Below are positions 59,322-64,000 of a stretch of DNA of 64,000 nucleotides, piece by piece. The notes below the pieces were generated by a model. That model was not told the DNA's origin and searched no databases. It saw only the letters and a list, made by a program, of their open reading frames with translations. Location: IMG/VR virus record IMGVR_UViG_3300024308_000006, positions 1 through 64,000 of that record; one strand, given 5' to 3'. The first letter of the stretch is position 1; every line of letters begins with the position of its first letter. The stretch is from a virus. The position numbers and the translations under genes were made by a program.

Positions 59322-59514
59322 AGCCATCCGCATTGGCCCGGTTGCGGCCAAGTCCTTCCGGCGCGCAGCGCTGGGCGCCTATCGCCACTACTGCGGCACC
59401 TTCCGCAATCTCGATCTTTCCATCTGGTCGCTGACCGACGGCAAGAGTCGCATCGCAATCACTGACCTGCGCGCCATCGATGCTGGCGTGCTCTCTGTCG
59501 AAGATGCCGAGTGA
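59320..59514 (+). other. Start-less coding-like frame (64 codons) that G9 would join to the upstream ORF
   Basis: KAIRIGPVAAKSFRRAALGAYRHYCGTFRNLDLSIWSLTDGKSRIAITDLRAIDAGVLSVEDAE. GC3 is about 75 %, and there is no ATG, GTG or TTG until near its end. Confidence 0.55.
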
Positions 59515-59562
59515 CACCCTGCCCGGCCGCCATCCTTGCCCGATGCGCGGCCGGCGGGTGAA

Positions 59563-59760
59563 TCAGGATAGCTGAGCTTCCAAATGTGCCAGGTAGTCAA
59601 CCGCGGCCGTTTTCTGAGTAGGCCCGCCAGGGCCGTCGCTACCCATGATGGAAGCATGAGCATCCTCGAAAACCTGCTTGGCCTGCAGCGTCATCTTTGA
59701 GCGCCGCAGTAAAGCCAGTAGTAAATGCTCAACCGCATCAACCTGTGCCTGATTGTCCAT
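59563..59760 (-). CDS. Hypothetical protein, 65 aa, opposite to the early-left operon
   Basis: AAGGAG SD 6 nt upstream of the ATG at 59760. The gene is convergent with the poly-G gene and separated from it by a GC hairpin (59523-59554). Confidence 0.65.
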   Translation of the reverse strand: MDNQAQVDAVEHLLLALLRRSKMTLQAKQVFEDAHASIMGSDGPGGPTQKTAAVDYLAHLEAQLS

Positions 59761-59842
59761 TCAAATCTCCTTATCCCGGCCCCATGCCGGCCCCCGACCC
59801 TACCCCATCCCCACATTCACGCCAACTGGCGAGGGACAAGCC

Positions 59843-60508
59843 ATGCCCGCTGAAAACTCTGGCACCGCAGACTTCCTGCGTGATGTCGCCACTCACGAGC
59901 TCACCATCATCCGCAACGACGGGCTTTACCGGCACCTGCGCTTCAAGCGCCCCGGGTCGTCCTGCATGTACTTCGACCTGATCACCTGGCCCGGCCACCT
60001 CTGCTACACCGGCGACATGGGCACCTATGTATTCAGCCGCATCAGCGACATGCTCGAGTTCTTCCGCCGCGACACCGAGAGCGAAGAGCTGCCGATCAAT
60101 CCGAGCTATTGGTCGGAGAAGGTGCAGGCCACCGACGGCGGGCGCCATCCTGGCTGCGTGTTCGAGTACGACCACGGCAAGTACCTGGCCGTGGTGAATG
60201 AATACCTGGCCGACTGGCTTGAAGGACTGAGCGAAGATCATCAGGAAGAACTGAAAGAAGCCGTGCAGGACGACGTGCTTAGCCTGGCTGATGACCATGA
60301 CGAGCACGGTAACTACAGCCGCGCGTATGGGTTCTCGACTGAGGTCGGCGGCCAAACATACCAGTTCACCGACTTCTTCGAGCGCAGCATGCGCCGCTTC
60401 ACTGACCGCTATATCTGGTGCTGTCGCGCGCTTGTGTGGGGAATCGAAAAGTACGATGCCGCGATGCTGCCGGCCGGGATCGACAGCGAAGGCGGCAGCC
60501 ATGATTAA
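59843..60508 (+). CDS. Hypothetical protein, 221 aa
   Basis: I used the ATG at 59843 (MPAENSGTADFLRD...). The ORF is GC3-rich. Confidence 0.7.
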   Translation: MPAENSGTADFLRDVATHELTIIRNDGLYRHLRFKRPGSSCMYFDLITWPGHLCYTGDMGTYVFSRISDMLEFFRRDTESEELPINPSYWSEKVQATDGGRHPGCVFEYDHGKYLAVVNEYLADWLEGLSEDHQEELKEAVQDDVLSLADDHDEHGNYSRAYGFSTEVGGQTYQFTDFFERSMRRFTDRYIWCCRALVWGIEKYDAAMLPAGIDSEGGSHD

Positions 60509-60926
60509 CGCACCAATGATTGATAAAGCTCTTTCCGCAATCGTCCGGCAAGAGCGGGCCATGCAAGAGGTGGCCAGTCTCAGGCGCGAAATTGGCCAAG
60601 CTCTCGCAGCCTGCCCTGTGAGCATCGAGCTAGCCCGCTGGGAAACATCGAACGCCCGCCGAGCCGAACTGACTGACCCGAACGGCAGGCCGAAGACCCA
60701 TATCTGGGAGGCGCTGAACTTCACCGACATAGGCGGTCACGGCTACCCGGTGCGCCTGGATATTAACGAAATCGCCGACTTCCTGGCTGATGCAGACGAG
60801 TGCGAGCACTGCCAGCGCGCCTGGGCGCTGATCTTGAAGCGAAAGTGCGTCAGGCAGGAGCTAGGCGCTGCCAAACGCGCCATTCGCAGCCTTGGCCGGG
60901 CAGCATTGAAGCGAGAAAGCCAGTGA
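60501..60926 (+). CDS. Hypothetical protein, 141 aa
   Basis: The ATG at 60501 overlaps the upstream gene by 8 nt. Confidence 0.65.
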   Translation: MINAPMIDKALSAIVRQERAMQEVASLRREIGQALAACPVSIELARWETSNARRAELTDPNGRPKTHIWEALNFTDIGGHGYPVRLDINEIADFLADADECEHCQRAWALILKRKCVRQELGAAKRAIRSLGRAALKRESQ

Positions 60927-61037
60927 TCCCGCTCCAACCCATCTGCCGCGACACCCGCCTGCCCTACCCCTGCGGCTGCAAGCGCTGCAATCCAAACTGA
61001 CCTGAGCGCCGACCGGCGCAGATATGGAGCTAAGCCA

Positions 61038-61934
61038 ATGAGCATGAAAGAAGAGTTCAGCAGCATCGACATGGCCACGGCTGCGGCCGATGGGTTTCGG
61101 GATGGAGTGGCGAGCGTTGCAAATTCGGAGAGCCCGAATAATCAGGCCGACAGCGCCGCGCAATCTGCGCTGGCAGGGGAGCGCGAGCCAGTGGCGTATG
61201 TGCTGACCCGCGATGGAGAAGTCTGCTACGAGGCGGATGACGGCATAGTGATCAGCAATGTCCCAGGAGACGAAACTGACCTGTACAAGTGGCGCCCCGT
61301 TTACTTCGGTGCCCACTGGCAGCGCGCCAAGCCCGACCATAGCGCGCAACAGCTCGGGATGGTGCCGGATGCCCTGCGCGAAGCCGTCGAGTATCTGGAC
61401 GATAACCCGTTCAATGAAATCGGCGCTGGCTCAATCCTGCATCGGGCGATGCGCGACGCACTAAACGCCCCGCAGCCTTCCGCCCAGCCTGAGCCAGCAG
61501 CGCAGGGTGAGTTCGGCGACGCCTACCAGGGCGCCCGCGAAGACCTGGCTATCTGGAAGCGCCGCGCTCTGGAGGCCGAGGAAAAGGTGCGGAATCAGGA
61601 GCAGATCATCGACCGCCTGACGCTTGAGGCTCAAGGCGACACTCGATTCGGGGAGCCCTCCCTGCCGGCTGCTGGATTGGCTGTGGAAGAGGTGGAGGTG
61701 GTGGCGTGGATGTGGCTCGACCTGAATGGCGACATGCAATTCAACAACAAGAACCCGCTGATGACCGTAGCCCAGCACGAGCGCATTGTCGCCGCCTTTT
61801 CCGCGCAGCAGTCCGCGCATGTGAGCGTGCCGAGGGAGCTGCTGGAGCGAACCATCTGCCGGCTGACCCACGGCCACGAACACGATAAGGCTGTGCGCGA
61901 ACTCCGCGCCCTTCTCAATGGGGGTGAGGCATGA
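61038..61934 (+). CDS. Hypothetical protein, 298 aa
   Basis: GGAG SD 8 nt upstream. Confidence 0.7.
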   Translation: MSMKEEFSSIDMATAAADGFRDGVASVANSESPNNQADSAAQSALAGEREPVAYVLTRDGEVCYEADDGIVISNVPGDETDLYKWRPVYFGAHWQRAKPDHSAQQLGMVPDALREAVEYLDDNPFNEIGAGSILHRAMRDALNAPQPSAQPEPAAQGEFGDAYQGAREDLAIWKRRALEAEEKVRNQEQIIDRLTLEAQGDTRFGEPSLPAAGLAVEEVEVVAWMWLDLNGDMQFNNKNPLMTVAQHERIVAAFSAQQSAHVSVPRELLERTICRLTHGHEHDKAVRELRALLNGGEA

Positions 61935-62164
61935 GCGACTTCGAGCGAGAGGTAAGCGAAAGCGCGCGTGGATGGATGCGCACGCTTGGCCACTTCGCCC
62001 CAACGATCAACCCGGATAACCGAGAGGTCAAGGGGTCGATGCTTGGCGAATACGGAGACGCCGAGAAAACATATTTCAGCAGCTCGGAACTGCGCGAGCT
62101 GGCGGCGGCCTGTTTAGAGGTCGCGGATTGGCTGGATAAGCGCGCAGCAGGAGAACAGAAATGA
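61931..62164 (+). CDS. Hypothetical protein, 77 aa
   Basis: ATGA overlap. Confidence 0.6.
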   Translation: MSDFEREVSESARGWMRTLGHFAPTINPDNREVKGSMLGEYGDAEKTYFSSSELRELAAACLEVADWLDKRAAGEQK

Positions 62165-62343
62165 GCGGGACAATCACAATGACCGGCGAGGAATACGACG
62201 CCCTGCACGCAGAGGTCGAGGCGCTGCGGGCACAGCGAGATAAAATGGCACAAATACTGCGCGATTTGTTTCCTGGCTGTAAGTGGCGATTCATGCGCCC
62301 GCGCATCGACGCGGCACTAGCGGAGATTGACAATGGGAACTAA
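62161..62343 (+). CDS. Hypothetical protein, 60 aa
   Basis: ATGA overlap. Confidence 0.55.
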   Translation: MSGTITMTGEEYDALHAEVEALRAQRDKMAQILRDLFPGCKWRFMRPRIDAALAEIDNGN

Positions 62344-62932
62344 CAGCTACATCACCAAATTGAAGGCACAGCTTGATCAGGCGATCATCCAGCGCGAGCA
62401 CTGGAAGCAACTGGCAGAAAACCGCAATAGCATCGTCGTGACGGAAGTTTGCCCGGAGTCGCGCAGCGTTGAGGAATACATCATTGATGCTGATAGCGTG
62501 AGGGCATCATGGCGACTGATACGCAGCTATCGAGAGCAGATCGAGGCGCTGCAGGCGGCACTACTCGGTATCGCATCTGTAAACCCAGCGGAGCGCGGCA
62601 TCGAGTGGGCAAAATCATATGCAAGTGACGGCCTCAAGGGCGCGGGTAGCGATCTGTACGCGCGCTGGCTTGATACGTTCAAAGAGGCCGAGGCGCTGCG
62701 GGCTGAGAATGGGCGGCTGGCAGATGCGCTAGACCGCCAGTCGGTCATCACTGGCGACTACATCGCCCGCTGCCAGCGGCTTGCGGACGAGTTGGCAATA
62801 ACCCGTCGCGTGATCGACCGCATTGGCCAGCTCTGCACGACGCCGCATGAATCGAAGGAGCGCTTCATCCGGCGCGTCCAGTCTGTGATCGAGTGGGAAG
62901 CCCAGGCGCTCAGCGCCGAGGCGTCACCATGA
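62333..62932 (+). CDS. Coiled-coil protein, 199 aa
   Basis: The ATG at 62333 has a GGAG SD. The track start at 62327 is TTG. Confidence 0.65.
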   Translation: MGTNSYITKLKAQLDQAIIQREHWKQLAENRNSIVVTEVCPESRSVEEYIIDADSVRASWRLIRSYREQIEALQAALLGIASVNPAERGIEWAKSYASDGLKGAGSDLYARWLDTFKEAEALRAENGRLADALDRQSVITGDYIARCQRLADELAITRRVIDRIGQLCTTPHESKERFIRRVQSVIEWEAQALSAEASP

Positions 62933-63309
62933 GCGTATGGCGCCACATTACCCACCCCGACGGGATGACCGTCAGCCTGCTGGTCGCGGCCACCGGCCTG
63001 AGCGCGGAGCAGGTGCGCGCCGAGCTGCGCGCCCTGGAGCAAAGCGGAAAGGCATGCCGCGAGCGCGCGCCTATCGGAAAGGAGCATCTGTGGTGGCGCG
63101 CAACACACCGCCCGCTGTGCGACTTAACGGTGATCACGGCAATGGGCCTGGCAGCCAGGCTCCACCCTACCCCGAGCGCACTGCGCGCCGTGCTGCAAAG
63201 GCTCAGCACGCGCGCCGCCAATCCCGCCATCCGGCAAATCCTGTCCTTGTCGTCTACGGCAAAGCATCCGCACCGCATCGTGGCTGACGCTGTTTCCCGC
63301 TGCGCCTAG
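62929..63309 (+). CDS. Hypothetical (winged-helix-like) protein, 126 aa
   Basis: The ATG at 62929 has an ATGA overlap. MTVSLLVAATGLSAEQVRAELRALEQSGKA is HTH-like. Confidence 0.6.
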   Translation: MSVWRHITHPDGMTVSLLVAATGLSAEQVRAELRALEQSGKACRERAPIGKEHLWWRATHRPLCDLTVITAMGLAARLHPTPSALRAVLQRLSTRAANPAIRQILSLSSTAKHPHRIVADAVSRCA

Positions 63310-63377
63310 CCCTGTAACCCCTCGCAATCCTGAACCCTTGATCTTGCCTGGCGCTGCCGGGCCAGTGAGGTATACCT

Positions 63378-63611
63378 ATGGCAAAAGTAGTCACTCAAAT
63401 CACGGCGAAGGTTCCGCGACTGATGGAAGCCGGCGAATACCGAGCGCTGCGCTTTGCAGGCGGCAAGCCCAGCCTGCAGCAACTGAAAAAATGGATCGAC
63501 GAGGGCGTGATTGTCGGCGAGGTGAAAGGCGAAATGTACTTCGTAGACCTGAACGCCGAACTAACTGGCTCGACCGATCCCCTCCTGCACAAGATGATGG
63601 CGGTAAGCTGA
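63378..63611 (+). CDS. xis: Excisionase-like protein, 77 aa
   Basis: Small basic protein immediately upstream of int with a 1-nt gap. ...PSLQQLKKWIDEGVIVGEVKGEMYFV... is a lambda-Xis-like pattern. Confidence 0.7.
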   Translation: MAKVVTQITAKVPRLMEAGEYRALRFAGGKPSLQQLKKWIDEGVIVGEVKGEMYFVDLNAELTGSTDPLLHKMMAVS

Positions 63612-63612
63612 C

Positions 63613-64000
63613 ATGAACCCACCGCGCCCGCGCACCGGCAGGAATCGCACCCTGCCCGACAACCTGTACCCCAACGGGAAGTATTGGCAGTACCGCAATC
63701 CGATCACCGGGAAGAAGGTCAGCATCAACAAGCCAATGGCCGAGGCAATCAAGCTGGCGAAGCTGGCCAATGCCAAGCTGGCCCCGCTGATGACCGATGA
63801 CGGCGCGCTGCTGCAACTGCTGACCGGCGAGCAGGCGCCGACCGTCAAGAGCCTGCTTGAACGCTTCGAGTCGGAATGGCTGCCTGAGCGCAAGCTGGCC
63901 GACTCCACGCTCAAGGAAACCCGCATCAAGCTGGAGCGCTACCGGGCAGACCTGGGCGACAGGATGATCGGGCAGCTCGACGTGCTGGCAATGGCCGAGT
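63613..64000 (+). CDS. int: Tyrosine integrase (lambda Int family), N-terminal 129 aa only; truncated by the window edge
   Basis: MNPPRPRTGRNRTLPDNLYPNGKYWQYRNPITGKKVSI is an arm-binding N-terminal domain typical of lambda-type integrases. It is the last gene before the expected att site. Confidence 0.85.
   Translation, partial: MNPPRPRTGRNRTLPDNLYPNGKYWQYRNPITGKKVSINKPMAEAIKLAKLANAKLAPLMTDDGALLQLLTGEQAPTVKSLLERFESEWLPERKLADSTLKETRIKLERYRADLGDRMIGQLDVLAMAE

Larger units (their letters stand above)
57..64000. mobile_element. Prophage (lambdoid regulation plus podovirus-like giant-protein morphogenesis module); right end lies beyond the window
   Basis: Contiguous phage modules run from the lysis genes (218) to xis/int (63378 to 64000). 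The left edge abuts a tRNA 3' fragment. Genes are tightly packed with ATGA/TAATG start-stop overlaps. Confidence 0.93.

Noticed and set aside
54151-60730. Long minus-strand ORFs opposite the early-left operon (54151-55452 at 433 aa, 57758-59134 at 458 aa, 59771-60730 at 319 aa, 53402-53995).
   Set aside because: They are antisense to the RecT-adjacent coiled-coil gene, the RdgC-like gene and the 221/141-aa genes, all of which have SD sequences, coupling and recognisable motifs. The antisense translations are Gly/Ala/Leu/Arg/His-rich shadow products.

Overview
Almost the whole window (about 57 to 64000, running off the right edge) is one integrated temperate phage in a high-GC (roughly 62-65 %) genome with Pseudomonas-like codon usage. 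The left border is a 3' fragment of tRNA-Val(GAC) (att core, 7-56, minus strand). The right end carries xis and the 5' part of a lambda-type tyrosine integrase. From left to right the modules are as follows. (1) Minus strand: spanins, SAR-type endolysin and holin. (2) A 14.4-kb gene for a 4790-aa multi-domain virion protein. (3) About 25 further morphogenesis genes of a podovirus-like module, including major capsid, scaffold, portal, TerL and TerS; inserted among them are an HNH endonuclease, an SGNH esterase and a reverse-oriented secreted-protein moron. (4) A lambdoid nin region (NinG, NinB), replication genes (lambda-P-like, DUF1376/O-like), and cII-like and cro-like genes. (5) A divergent LexA-type cI repressor plus a secreted Cys-rich moron. 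(6) An operator-covered PL-like promoter followed by an unusual 1.2-kb ORF-poor stretch that starts with an rrn-type boxA. (7) The early-left operon: RecT, YqaJ-type exonuclease, a LytTR-only protein, an RdgC/FtsK-gamma fusion and many small ORFs. (8) xis and int. I saw no rRNA, complete tRNA, CRISPR array or IS element. Most long ORFs in the track that lie opposite these genes are high-GC antisense shadows. All homology calls come from motif recognition by eye and from memory, not from database searches. The items most worth follow-up are: the giant polyvalent protein; a conserved 20-nt palindromic motif in front of four late-gene blocks; the boxA plus long untranslated repeat-containing PL leader; and a G10 tract that splits a coding frame.
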